A stretch of 64,000 bases of DNA from an uncultured delta proteobacterium (GTDB lineage Bacteria; Desulfobacterota; Binatia; UBA9968): positions 128,001-192,000 of the forward strand of contig CAVWLW010000059.1 in assembly GCA_963755715.1 (NCBI GenBank), in the 5' to 3' direction. The number at the start of each line of letters is the position of its first letter. The first letter of the stretch is position 1. Shown in pieces: positions 52,810 through 62,599 of the stretch. The position numbers and the translations under genes are program-made. The notes below the pieces were generated by a model that saw only the letters and a list, made by a program, of their open reading frames with translations, made no database searches and was not told the DNA's origin.

Positions 52810-52890
52810 CATTCACAGCTCTGGCGAATTGCGCTGAAAAACGCTTAGAATCCTAGGGATCGCGATAGCGCTGGTCTTGACGGCCCCAGG

Positions 52891-53367
52891 ATGCCACCAA
52901 TGCAACTTCCACTAACTCTTCCCTTGGGACCATGCTGGGAACTCGAGGATCGCAGGGTGGACAGCACCACATTCCTGCAATTGCTCGCCCCAATGTTTCC
53001 TGAGGCAACTACTGTGTTCTTCGAGGGCTCATCGATCGCTCCCAATATCGTCACGATCTTCGAGCGACACGCTGATCCTGGTCCCTACCTACCGAAGGCA
53101 CAGACGCTCTGGTCAACCGGTGCCATCCTGCGGTTCAGATGCAACTTTACACCTGACATATGTGAAGCTTTAGCCAGCGCCTCGCTCCATCACGCCGAGC
53201 CGGAACTCTTCGACCATCTTTTTCTCTATGCGGAGCATGTACCGCTACTGGAGTGGCCGGACGCTTTCTCGAACTGCATGTGGATCGCGTCTTCGATACC
53301 CGAGTCGCGGATAGACGCCTTCGCCGCTGGTTTAGGTGTGAAATATAAGCGCTCAAGTTACAACTAA
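52891..53367 (+). CDS. Hypothetical protein
   Basis: 158 aa ORF; its stop codon lies within the IS target duplication. Confidence 0.55.
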   Translation: MPPMQLPLTLPLGPCWELEDRRVDSTTFLQLLAPMFPEATTVFFEGSSIAPNIVTIFERHADPGPYLPKAQTLWSTGAILRFRCNFTPDICEALASASLHHAEPELFDHLFLYAEHVPLLEWPDAFSNCMWIASSIPESRIDAFAAGLGVKYKRSSYN

Positions 53368-53370
53368 TTA

Positions 53371-54844
53371 GTTCTCACTGAAAAAGTACAGTTTGAGAGT
53401 TTCAAATTTGCCCTGAAGTATAGAGGTTTTGTTCAGAGATTAAGTCGATGTTCGGTAGCAGTCGCATTTCAGGTTTGTTGCCAGAGATTATAGGCAAAGA
53501 TCGCCCAGCCGGTCCAAATGGCGGTGGCCGGCGAGCCTCTGGCCAACACTTTGCCCAGACCGAATTGACGTTTAAGCATGCTGATGGAGGCTTCGATCCC
53601 GCAACGAAACCGCTGCAGTTCTCTAAACCATTGGGTGCGTTGATGTTGGGTTTCACTGGGCGTCAGCCGACCGATCTTCGGGATGCCCACTCGGCGTACT
53701 TTAAGACGTCGAAGCTTACGCAAATTCTGCGCGCTGTAGAATCCTCGATCCGCGGCCAGTTCCTGCGGCGATTGATTGAGAACCTTTTTGGTTTGGCGGA
53801 CTAAAGAAAGCAGATGGACTTTATCGCTGGGATTACCCTGATGGACTTCGTAATGAACGATCACCCCAGAGTCGTCCTGCACCAACTCCATCGTACGACC
53901 AAATTCGACCGGCTTATCGAGTTTTCCCTTCACAATAGCCCGGGCATGAGGATCGAAAAACGAAACAATCCGCTCGCGAATCGATCGTTGCCCAGCGAGC
54001 TTTTTCTCGGTCTGTTCAAGCAGTTCTTTGGCCAACCCGATCTGCGCCCTAAACTTCTCTTTGAGTGGGGCGGGAGCCGACTTCGAGAGTTTCTCAAAAG
54101 CTTGACGACTGTGCTCCAGAGTGTCCGTAGCCAGTTGGGTGACTTTCTTGAGCACTTTTTTGCCTTGGGCCTTACGCTGTTTAGGTTTGGCTTTGGAACT
54201 TTGGCCCCAACGGGCCAGGGCTCTCTTGGTGGCACGCACGTGATTGACTATCTTTTGGCCCAAAGAGCTAGCCGTGCGGGTGAGCGTTCTCACCGCTTGA
54301 TGCAGGATTCCGATGTCACTGGGATATGCGATGTGGGCTTCCAGAGTCGTCGAATCGATGCGAATGCGGCGTGGCTTGATCGAGCGAGTCTTAACCAGCG
54401 ATTTGATGAGCAGGCGGTTGAGCTCGGTCATTCGCTCCTCGCCGAATCGCTGGTTGAGTTTAATCAACGTGGTGGCGTCGGGGACTGTATCCATCAGAGA
54501 CAGATGGCAGAAGTAGCGCCACGGCAGTCTTTCCCGAACTTCAGCCTCGACTTCTTCGTAACTCAGCCCCCAGCGGAACTTCAGATACATCATGCGCAGA
54601 TAGATCCCTACCGCTGTGCCGGGGCGGCCCATGCTATCATCGAAGACTTCTTCGAAGGGCTTGAGCAGCTTGGCATCCCCCAAAAGCTCGTCGACTTTCT
54701 TGAGCTCCTCATCCAACTCGTACAACGAGGCGTCGATAAAACCGTCGCCAAAACTCATCTGCTGAGAAATCACTTTGCGCATGACTTCTTTTACATCAAC
54801 CCTCTTCTCAGACCCAAGAAAATTGTGACTTTTTCAGTGAGAAC
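53371..54844 (-). mobile_element. Complete 1474-bp insertion sequence (IS5-like/ISNCY DDE type)
   Basis: 17-bp perfect TIR GTTCTCACTGAAAAAGT; TAATTA duplicated at 53365-53370 and 54845-54850. Confidence 0.9.
53469..54782 (-). CDS. DDE transposase
   Basis: GRP, PD.TTL, IDST, LAADRGF, R..IE..IS..KR. Confidence 0.92.
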   Translation of the reverse strand: MRKVISQQMSFGDGFIDASLYELDEELKKVDELLGDAKLLKPFEEVFDDSMGRPGTAVGIYLRMMYLKFRWGLSYEEVEAEVRERLPWRYFCHLSLMDTVPDATTLIKLNQRFGEERMTELNRLLIKSLVKTRSIKPRRIRIDSTTLEAHIAYPSDIGILHQAVRTLTRTASSLGQKIVNHVRATKRALARWGQSSKAKPKQRKAQGKKVLKKVTQLATDTLEHSRQAFEKLSKSAPAPLKEKFRAQIGLAKELLEQTEKKLAGQRSIRERIVSFFDPHARAIVKGKLDKPVEFGRTMELVQDDSGVIVHYEVHQGNPSDKVHLLSLVRQTKKVLNQSPQELAADRGFYSAQNLRKLRRLKVRRVGIPKIGRLTPSETQHQRTQWFRELQRFRCGIEASISMLKRQFGLGKVLARGSPATAIWTGWAIFAYNLWQQT

Positions 54845-54969
54845 TAATTAGCCGGATCGGCGCATGCATGCGCAGCCAATGCCTAAAAATTCTCCATCGA
54901 GCACCGCCGCGTACTTCGCCCAGCGACTGGCTACGCGGCACTTTCCAATAACACTTTAAGGACAGCGCA

Positions 54970-55467
54970 ATGAATACCGATAACGATACTACATTGGAGG
55001 GCGGCTGCACTTGTCGGGCGGTGCGCTATCGAATGACGACCAAACCGTTGTTCGTGCACTGCTGTCATTGCCGCTGGTGTCAACGTGAAACGGGAGCGTC
55101 CTTCGCATTGAACGCTCTGATCGAAGCCGACCGTGTGATCTTGCTGAAAGGCGCGCCCGAGGTCGTGAACACCCCGTCGAACAGCGGAAAAGGTCAAAAG
55201 ATCGTCCGTTGTCCGACGTGCCGCATCGCTCTCTGGAGCAACTACGCGGGAGCAGGCGACGCTATGCGCTTCGTGCGCGTCGGCACACTCGACGAACCTG
55301 ATCGTCTGCCGCCCGATATTCATATCTACACGTCGTCGAAGCAACCCTGGGTCGTGATTCCACCAAACACGCCCGCGGTTGAAGAATACTACCAGAGCGC
55401 TAAGTATTGGCCGAAGGAGAGCCTCGAACGCCGTCGTGCTTTGTTCGCTGCCCCGTCTAGTGAATAG
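54970..55467 (+). CDS. GFA (CENP-V) family Zn protein
   Basis: GGC.C..VRY, CHC..CQR..G, CPTC. Confidence 0.9.
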   Translation: MNTDNDTTLEGGCTCRAVRYRMTTKPLFVHCCHCRWCQRETGASFALNALIEADRVILLKGAPEVVNTPSNSGKGQKIVRCPTCRIALWSNYAGAGDAMRFVRVGTLDEPDRLPPDIHIYTSSKQPWVVIPPNTPAVEEYYQSAKYWPKESLERRRALFAAPSSE

Positions 55468-55648
55468 TTAAATGTCGTGGGGCGCGCTTCGGCGCGAATG
55501 CCGGATGAGCAACTCTGGACTGGTAAAATAATTTTAGGTTCTATTGTTTTGCGTTGAACGGCTGGAACGAATGGAACCCCCGAGCCAGCTTTGGGTCAAA
55601 GAGCAGTGGATGTAAACATAGTCCGACGATCAACAACGAGAGGCGAAC

Positions 55649-56570
55649 ATGGATTACGGCGCGCATCTTCCGGTTATAGATTTTGGCTTTCAACGCTTTT
55701 CCCTGGAATGGTTGACGGCCTACGTGCAAACCGCTCGCGACTTGGGTTTTAGGGCCGTCTCGACCAACGATCACTTGATCCATTCTCGTCCGTGGCTGGA
55801 CGCGCCGACGGCTCTTACTGCAATCCTTTCCCACAGCGGAAACATGGCAGTCGGGACCAGCATCTTGCTCTCGGTCGTGCGCGGTCCGGTGCAGGTCGCT
55901 AAGACCATGGCCGCTATCGACATACTTTCCAATGGTCGGCTGATTGTCGGCGTCGGACCGGGATCTTCGGCGCGCGACTATGAAATCGTCGGTTTGAACT
56001 ACGAGGAGCGCTGGAAGCGGTTTGACGAAAGCGTTCAGGCTTTACGGTCTCTTTGGACTGGCGATGGATTCACCGGACGGTTTTATTCCACCGAGGGCGT
56101 CAATCTCGAACCCAAACCGCTGCAAAAACCGGCGCCGCCCATCTGGATCGGCAGTTGGGGCTCGGACGCCGGCCTGCGCCGGGTCGCGCGCCTGGGAGAT
56201 GGATGGCTGGCGTCGGCCTACAACACAATGCCGGATCAATTCAGGATCGGCTTGGATAAACTTCAGAGCGAGCTGAAGACCGTCGGCAAAAATCCCGCGA
56301 TTTTCCCGAACGCGCTCGTCACAATGTTCATGTACGTCACGGAAAACAAACCCGACGCTGAGCGCGTTTTGTCTGAAACCCTCACGGCGTTCCTGCATCG
56401 TCCGATCGATCAGATCCGCGAGCGCCTTCTTGTCGGTCCGCCGGAAGCGTGCGCAGAAAAATTCGCCGCATACAAAAAAGCCGGCGTGCAGCGATTTTTG
56501 TGTGGCCGATCAAGGATGAGCTGGATCAACTTACGATCTTTCAGAGAAGGTCGTGCCGTTAGTCGGTTGA
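55649..56570 (+). CDS. LLM-class flavin-dependent oxidoreductase, 3' frameshifts
   Basis: NDH, D.LSNGRL..GVG.G, PKP.Q.P.PPIWIG, RVARLGDGW; apparent fusion to the GNAT comes from an indel. Confidence 0.8.
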
Positions 56571-56579
56571 TAGACCCGA

Positions 56580-57101
56580 TGCATGAACAATTCGAATTCA
56601 GCCAATCCGCAATGATCACTCTCGATCCCGTCACGCCGCAAAACGCCATGCTCTTCAAGCAGGTTCGCCTTCAAGCGTTGCGCGACACGCCGAAGGCCTT
56701 CAGTTCGACCTATGCTGATGAATCCCGACTCACCGACGCTGAGTGGGTCAAGCGCGCATCGCTGCGGAACGCGAAGGATCAATCGTATATCTTGCGATGG
56801 ACGCCACCACGCCGTGCGGCATCGTCGGCGGATTTCTCGACAAGGACGACGCATCTCGCGCCCACTTGGTATCCATGTGGGTAGCTCCGGTACATCGCCG
56901 ATTGGGAATCGGCCGCAAATTAATAGAAGCGATCTTCGATTGGGCTCGTGTACAGCGTGCGCGCACAGTGCAATTGATCGTCACGAGCAACAACGGCGCG
57001 GCGATTGAGTTCTACAAACGCCTGGGATTCACCCTCACAGGAAACACTGCGCCGTACCGAAACGATCGTCTAAAGCTGAGATGAATCGTTCGTTTTCCTG
57101 A
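56580..57101 (+). CDS. GNAT acetyltransferase paralog, frameshifted
   Basis: MITLDPVT..NAM.FK.VRL.AL.DTP.AFSSTYADES matches 46349-46888. Confidence 0.75.
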
Positions 57102-57215
57102 CAGTGAACTTCTTCGCGTCCCCTTCGTTTGATTGACAGCACTTTCCGCACGGACGTATATTCGCGCCATCTCGCAATTGCTTGATCGCACGGCGAAGAT
57201 TCGGGAGAAATCTGC

Positions 57216-57896
57216 ATGAGCAAATGGCCGGAAGTCGCACAACAGCTGAATCTAATGGTGAACCAGTGGTACGAGACGGCGGAGATCAAAAGAATTTTGA
57301 CGGTTCCGCTCACCCCGACCAGACTCGCCTTTCGCCACTTGCACATGACCTTCTTCGGCAACAATCGCCGCGATTGTTGGGCCGCCGTTTCTTGCAAAGC
57401 GCCGCTCGATGTCAAGCGCGCCATCTGGGAGCATGAAAAAGACGAGCTGATCTACGACCCGCGCATGGGCAAGGCGCATGTGACGGAAGAAGATTTGGGC
57501 AGCAATAAAGAATCCGACATGATTCCCGGCGCGCGTGCAGCATTTTACGCGTGGCTTTACTGCGCGCGTGACAAACCCTGGCTCGAAGGGCTCGCTTGTT
57601 CACACATCCTCGAGCGGCGGAATAATGATCAGATCGTCAAAGGCGGCACGCTCACTCAACGCTTGGTGAAACGCCAAGAGTTGGAACTCGGTATCAAGAA
57701 AAAAGATCAGGACATCGGCACGCAGGTGCATCTGATCGCCGACGTCGACCACTCCGATCTGTTGAACCAAGTGTTCGACCGCTACGTCGTCGATGACTCG
57801 ACCGCGCAGCAAGTGCTCCGCGGCGCCGAGGAGTCCCTCGCCATCGAGCGCTGCTTCCACGGCGCCGTGGCCACGGCGATGGGAGAATTGGATTAG
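57216..57896 (+). CDS. Heme-oxygenase-like diiron oxidase (PqqC/CADD/TenA fold)
   Basis: EHEKDE..H, LE, and H-x3-D-x2-H (HLIADVDH) ligand pattern. Confidence 0.7.
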   Translation: MSKWPEVAQQLNLMVNQWYETAEIKRILTVPLTPTRLAFRHLHMTFFGNNRRDCWAAVSCKAPLDVKRAIWEHEKDELIYDPRMGKAHVTEEDLGSNKESDMIPGARAAFYAWLYCARDKPWLEGLACSHILERRNNDQIVKGGTLTQRLVKRQELELGIKKKDQDIGTQVHLIADVDHSDLLNQVFDRYVVDDSTAQQVLRGAEESLAIERCFHGAVATAMGELD

Positions 57897-57927
57897 ACTC
57901 ACAGTTTCGAGTTGATCGCGGGGAAAA

Positions 57928-59070
57928 ATGCAGATTCAACACGGTCTGATTAGCGCCGACTCGCACGTCGTCACAGAGCCCAACGCTTTTCTCAGCCGCA
58001 TGTCGAAAACGAAATTCGGCGAGCGCATCCCGCAGATCAAGGAATTCGAAAACAAAGGCGCGGCGGTCGAGCGTTGGTACGTCAACGGGCGGCCGTTGCG
58101 CACCCGCGGTGTATGCAACTGCCCCGCGGTCATGGGCGATCCGAACCGCAATTTGTATCCCCAGCGCTGGGACGAAGTGCCAGCCAAAGCTTACGTTCCT
58201 ACTGAGCGGCTAAAAGCGCTCGACGCCGATGGCGTCGACGCCGAAGTTTTATTCCCCAACGATCCGAGCTCGTTTCACCAGTATAATGACGCCGAATTCG
58301 AGCTCGCCTGCGTGCAGGCCTACAACGACTCGCTCGGTGAATTGACGCGCGTGAGCGCGCGCTTTATTTCCCTCGCCATGGTGCCTCTGCTGTGCGGCAT
58401 GGAAGTGATCGTCGCCGAAGTGAAACGCGCGGCAAGCCAAGGTCACCGCGGCGTCGTCATGTTCGCGCTGCCGAGTCTAATGGTCGAATCGCTGCCGCAC
58501 ATCAGCGAGCCATATTGGTATCCTCTATGGGATATCTGTCAGGAGCTCGAAATGCCGGTTCACTTTCACGCGTCGGCCGGACTTGCGCGCAAGCTGACAT
58601 TTCCCGAATGGGACGGCTACACGCCCTATCAACAGCATGCCGCGTTCACCGTGCCGACATCCGCATGGCCGGCGCAGATTGTTCCCAATCTGATTTTCTC
58701 GGGCATCGCCTACAAGTTTCCGCGCTCGAAATGGGTGTTCGCCGAAACCGGCATCGGCTCGGTGAGTTGCGTGCAGGCTGCCTGCGATCACGAATGGGAA
58801 CGGCGCCAGCTCTGGCGTCACGGGCTGGATCGAAAGCCGAGTGAACTGATCCGGCAACAAGTCTATGTCAATTTCTGGTACGAACAAGCCGGCATCGATC
58901 TGCGCCATGCGGTCGGCATCGACAATGTTATGTGGGAGTCTGACTACCCACACATCGCCTCGACCTACCCCGACTCATGGAAGTTCGTCGAACGCTCGCT
59001 GGCAGGCGTGCCCGCTGAAGAACGACAAAAAATGTTGTACGGCAACGCGCAAGCGCTTTACCGGCTTTAG
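57928..59070 (+). CDS. Amidohydrolase family 2 protein
   Basis: ISADSH, AYND, PVHFH, MWESDYPH. Confidence 0.9.
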   Translation: MQIQHGLISADSHVVTEPNAFLSRMSKTKFGERIPQIKEFENKGAAVERWYVNGRPLRTRGVCNCPAVMGDPNRNLYPQRWDEVPAKAYVPTERLKALDADGVDAEVLFPNDPSSFHQYNDAEFELACVQAYNDSLGELTRVSARFISLAMVPLLCGMEVIVAEVKRAASQGHRGVVMFALPSLMVESLPHISEPYWYPLWDICQELEMPVHFHASAGLARKLTFPEWDGYTPYQQHAAFTVPTSAWPAQIVPNLIFSGIAYKFPRSKWVFAETGIGSVSCVQAACDHEWERRQLWRHGLDRKPSELIRQQVYVNFWYEQAGIDLRHAVGIDNVMWESDYPHIASTYPDSWKFVERSLAGVPAEERQKMLYGNAQALYRL

Positions 59071-59223
59071 GCGTTAGCGGCATAGATCGCAATCGACGGT
59101 TGCATCAATCGAATGGTATCACGTCCACCACGAAGGACACGAAGTTTAGCAAAACTATCCGAACCCTTCGTGACCTTCGTGCGCTTCGTGGTGAATGGTA
59201 AATTTTCGAGAGATGACGCAAGC

Positions 59224-60367
59224 ATGAGTCAAATCAACCGCATCATCAGCGCCGTCGATCACGTCGTCGAGTCACCCGATGTTTGGACGCAGCGGCTATC
59301 GAAAGCTAAATTCGGCGACCGCATCCCACATCTCGAACGCTCGCGCGACGGCGGAGACTCTTGGATCGTCGATGGCCGGCAATTGCCGCTCGCTGACGCT
59401 GCTCGTGTCGGCGCCCTCATGACCGATCGCGCGAAAATGCCGAATCGCTGGGAAGAAATACCGAAGGCCGCTTACGAATCCAGGCGCGCGGCTCAAAGCG
59501 ATGGATGACGACAGTGTCGAGTATACCGTGCTGTATCCGAGCCTCCCCGGTTTCTCCGGCGAGTTGTTCGGCGCGATCGCTGATGCGGAACTGGAGCTCG
59601 CCTGCGTGCAAGCTTACAACGATTGGTTGATCGACGAATGGGCGGCGACAAACGAGCGCTTCATCCCGCAGTGCATCGTGCCGCTTTCGCCGATCGAAGC
59701 GACCATCAGCGAGATCAAGCGCGCGGTCAGCCGCGGCCATCGCGGCGTCATCTTCCCCGCCGAACCAATGCATCTGCGCAAGCTGCCGCATATCAATAGT
59801 TCCGACTACGATCCGGTTTGGGCAACCTGCCAGGATCTCGGTGTGCCGCTGTGCTTTCACGCCGGCTCGGCCCCGCAGTTGCAATTTCCTATGGCGCCGA
59901 ACCTGTCGCCCGAGCTCGCGGCAGCCTTCCAATCTATCGTTCGTCCGGCCAGCGCCGTATTCGACCTGACAAATTTTCTCTTCTCGCGCATCCTGCTGCG
60001 CTACCCTAACCTCAAAGTTGTGTTCGCCGAGAGCACCATCGGCTGGGGAACGTTTCTTCTGGAATATGCCGATCATCAATACGAGCAGGATCACTGCGAT
60101 TACGCATTGAAGCCATCCGAGATGTTTCACCGTCAATGTTATTTAACGACTTGGTACGACGAAGCGAAGACCAACGCGCGCCATATCGGCACCGAAAATA
60201 TTCTGTGGTCGACGAACTTTCCGACGGCGAATTCCACCTGGCCGGAGACCGAACATTTCGCAACCAAGTGCTTAGCCGGTATGAGCGAGGTTGAGCAGCG
60301 GCGGATTTTGTCGGTCAATGCAGCGAAACTGTATAAAGTCGATTGGAGTGATGGAGTGTTGGAGTAA
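59224..60367 (+). CDS. Amidohydrolase-like protein, frameshifted near 59480
   Basis: ISAVDH, AYNDWL, LCFH, LWSTNFP. Confidence 0.8.
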
Positions 60368-61365
60368 TGGATTATCGGGAAGATTTGTTGCGATGCATTG
60401 AAGCGCTCCTAATCATCGTTGTGATCTCGCTGGCGGGCGGCCGCGGCGCACATGCGCAACCAGCGCTCAAGATGGGTTACAGCGGCGCGGGTGTGGCCCA
60501 GAGTCTCTATAATACCATCGACAAGGCCGGTCTCTGGTCCAAATACAATCTCGACGTCAAAGCGATTTATTTCAATAGCGGGGCGATAACCGCGCAAGCG
60601 TTGGTCGGCGGCGATATCGATCTCACCGACTCCAATATACCGACGATGCTCAACCTCAAGGCCGCCGGCGTTTTGGACGTGAGAATCATCGCCGGCTGGA
60701 TGAACCGCATCACGCTCAGCTTCATCGCGCGCAAGCCGAGCAAATCTCCCGCCGATCTCAAAGGCAAACGCATAGCGATCAGCCGCTTCGGCGCTTCCTC
60801 GGATTTCGTCACGCGCATGCTGCTGCGCTACTGGAAGCTCGACCCCGAAAAAGACGTCGCGATCATCCAATCGGGCGGCAACGATGCCATCCGCATCGCT
60901 GCGCTGGTCGCCGGCCACATCGACGGCGCTCTGATCGGCACCTACGATCTGCCGAAGATTCTCGACTCGGGCTGCTGCGTCAATCTTGCCGACCTGGAAG
61001 ATCTTCCCATCGAATACGCGCGCTTCGGCGTCATCGTGCCGGTGGCGTCGCTCAAGGCGCGGCGCGAGATATTTCGCAGGTACTTAGAAGCGCTCACCGA
61101 AGGCATTTACGTATTTAAAACACGGCCTGAACTGCCGATCGCGATCCTCAAACGGGAAGGCATTAAAGATGCCGAAGGCGGTTACAAGAAAATCGCCAAG
61201 GTGCTGATCGACTTTCCGGTTCCGGATGAAAAAGCGGTGCAAACCGCTCTCGACTCCATCGGCACTTCCAAGGCGAAGCAGGTGCAGGCGAAAGATTTTA
61301 TCGATAGCACCTTGCTCGACGACATCAAGAAAAGCGGTTTCGTCGAGCGGTTGTACGGCAAGTAA
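60367..61365 (+). CDS. NitT/TauT substrate-binding protein
   Basis: DLKGKRIAISRFG, SGFVERLY. Confidence 0.85.
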   Translation: MDYREDLLRCIEALLIIVVISLAGGRGAHAQPALKMGYSGAGVAQSLYNTIDKAGLWSKYNLDVKAIYFNSGAITAQALVGGDIDLTDSNIPTMLNLKAAGVLDVRIIAGWMNRITLSFIARKPSKSPADLKGKRIAISRFGASSDFVTRMLLRYWKLDPEKDVAIIQSGGNDAIRIAALVAGHIDGALIGTYDLPKILDSGCCVNLADLEDLPIEYARFGVIVPVASLKARREIFRRYLEALTEGIYVFKTRPELPIAILKREGIKDAEGGYKKIAKVLIDFPVPDEKAVQTALDSIGTSKAKQVQAKDFIDSTLLDDIKKSGFVERLYGK

Positions 61366-61399
61366 CTTTTCTGAGAAACGTCATTACGGAGGAATTTGG

Positions 61400-62503
61400 A
61401 TGGCTGCCTCGAATCAGTTCGTACTCAACCCCTACTTGACCTGGCAAAAGGAACAGGGCATTCCGATTCACACCGGCTACTTTGTCGAAGACTTGCGCAC
61501 CGTGCCGGTCGGCTATTGGAAAGAGCGCAACGCCAACGGCGCGTTTATCAATCTATCGAACGCGGTGGTCAACGACGCCGTGGTCTTGGAAATCCCCCGC
61601 GGCGAAAAGACCACGCCACGCCGCCAGGTTTTCGACGAATCCGTAATGATCGTCGATGGCCAAGGCGCGACCTCCATGTGGTACAAGGACGGCAAGAAGA
61701 GGACTTTTGAGTGGCAGCAGGGCAGCGTCTTCGCGATCCCGCCCAATGTTTTTTACGAGCACTATGCCATGGGCACGCCGGCGCGCTTGGTATCCTGCAC
61801 GTCGGCGCCGCTTTACATGCAGCTCTTCAACAACAACGATTTTCTGTTCAACTGCGACTATAAATTCCTCGACCGCTTCGCCGAAGAGGAAAACTACTTC
61901 GCCGAAGCGCCGCAGGTGCTGGCCGGCTTCAACGGCGTCGAGACCAACTTCATCGCCGACGTGCGCCAGTGGTTCACGCGCGAAAACGTCTACGCGCTGG
62001 AAGAAAAAGGCGGCTTCAAACAAAGCCGCGACCGCGCCCAGGATGCTTACAGCATGCGCGTGCGCTTTGCGAAGACGATGATGTTTCTTCACCTCTCCGG
62101 TTGGTCCGTCGGCACTTACAAAAAAGCCCACCGCCACGGTCCCGGCTTCACCATCGTGATTCTCGACGGCGCCGGCTTCTCGTTCATGTGGGAGGTCGGC
62201 AAAGCACGCGAACGCATCGACTGGCATGCCTGGAGTATGTTCGTGCCGCCGGCCATGTGGTTTCACGAGCACTTCAATACCAGCGTCGAACCGGTGCGCT
62301 TCCTGGCATTTCACCCGCCGGGGATGCTCGCCTATCCCGGCTGGTCCGGCGAAGGCGAGCACTTTATCGGCAAGGGGCCGAACCAGATCGAGTACGACGA
62401 CGAAGATCCGGAAATTCGCGCGGCCTTCGAGGCCGAATTGGCAAAAAACGGTTTGAAGAGCAAGATGCGGCCGGAGCTTTACCAGAAGATTTCGGAGAGA
62501 TAG
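61400..62503 (+). CDS. Bicupin protein (gentisate dioxygenase-like fold)
   Basis: FEW..GS.F..P.N..YEH and YKKAHRHGPG ... WFHEHFN. Confidence 0.75.
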   Translation: MAASNQFVLNPYLTWQKEQGIPIHTGYFVEDLRTVPVGYWKERNANGAFINLSNAVVNDAVVLEIPRGEKTTPRRQVFDESVMIVDGQGATSMWYKDGKKRTFEWQQGSVFAIPPNVFYEHYAMGTPARLVSCTSAPLYMQLFNNNDFLFNCDYKFLDRFAEEENYFAEAPQVLAGFNGVETNFIADVRQWFTRENVYALEEKGGFKQSRDRAQDAYSMRVRFAKTMMFLHLSGWSVGTYKKAHRHGPGFTIVILDGAGFSFMWEVGKARERIDWHAWSMFVPPAMWFHEHFNTSVEPVRFLAFHPPGMLAYPGWSGEGEHFIGKGPNQIEYDDEDPEIRAAFEAELAKNGLKSKMRPELYQKISER

Positions 62504-62599
62504 GAAAGTTCCAACGTTCAAACCGTTTTCGGAGGTTGGGCGGCAACGTTTTGAACGGCTTGAACGTTTTGAACAAATTTTAGCCGAAAGGATTTTAAG

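Noticed and set aside
52840-55500. Integron-like cassette array (hypothetical and GFA genes)
   Set aside because: No convincing RYYYAAC...GTTRRRY attC pair and no integrase
55649-56884. Apparent LLM-GNAT fusion protein of 411 aa
   Set aside because: Produced by indels; both genes reconstruct separately, with an LLM stop at 56568-56570
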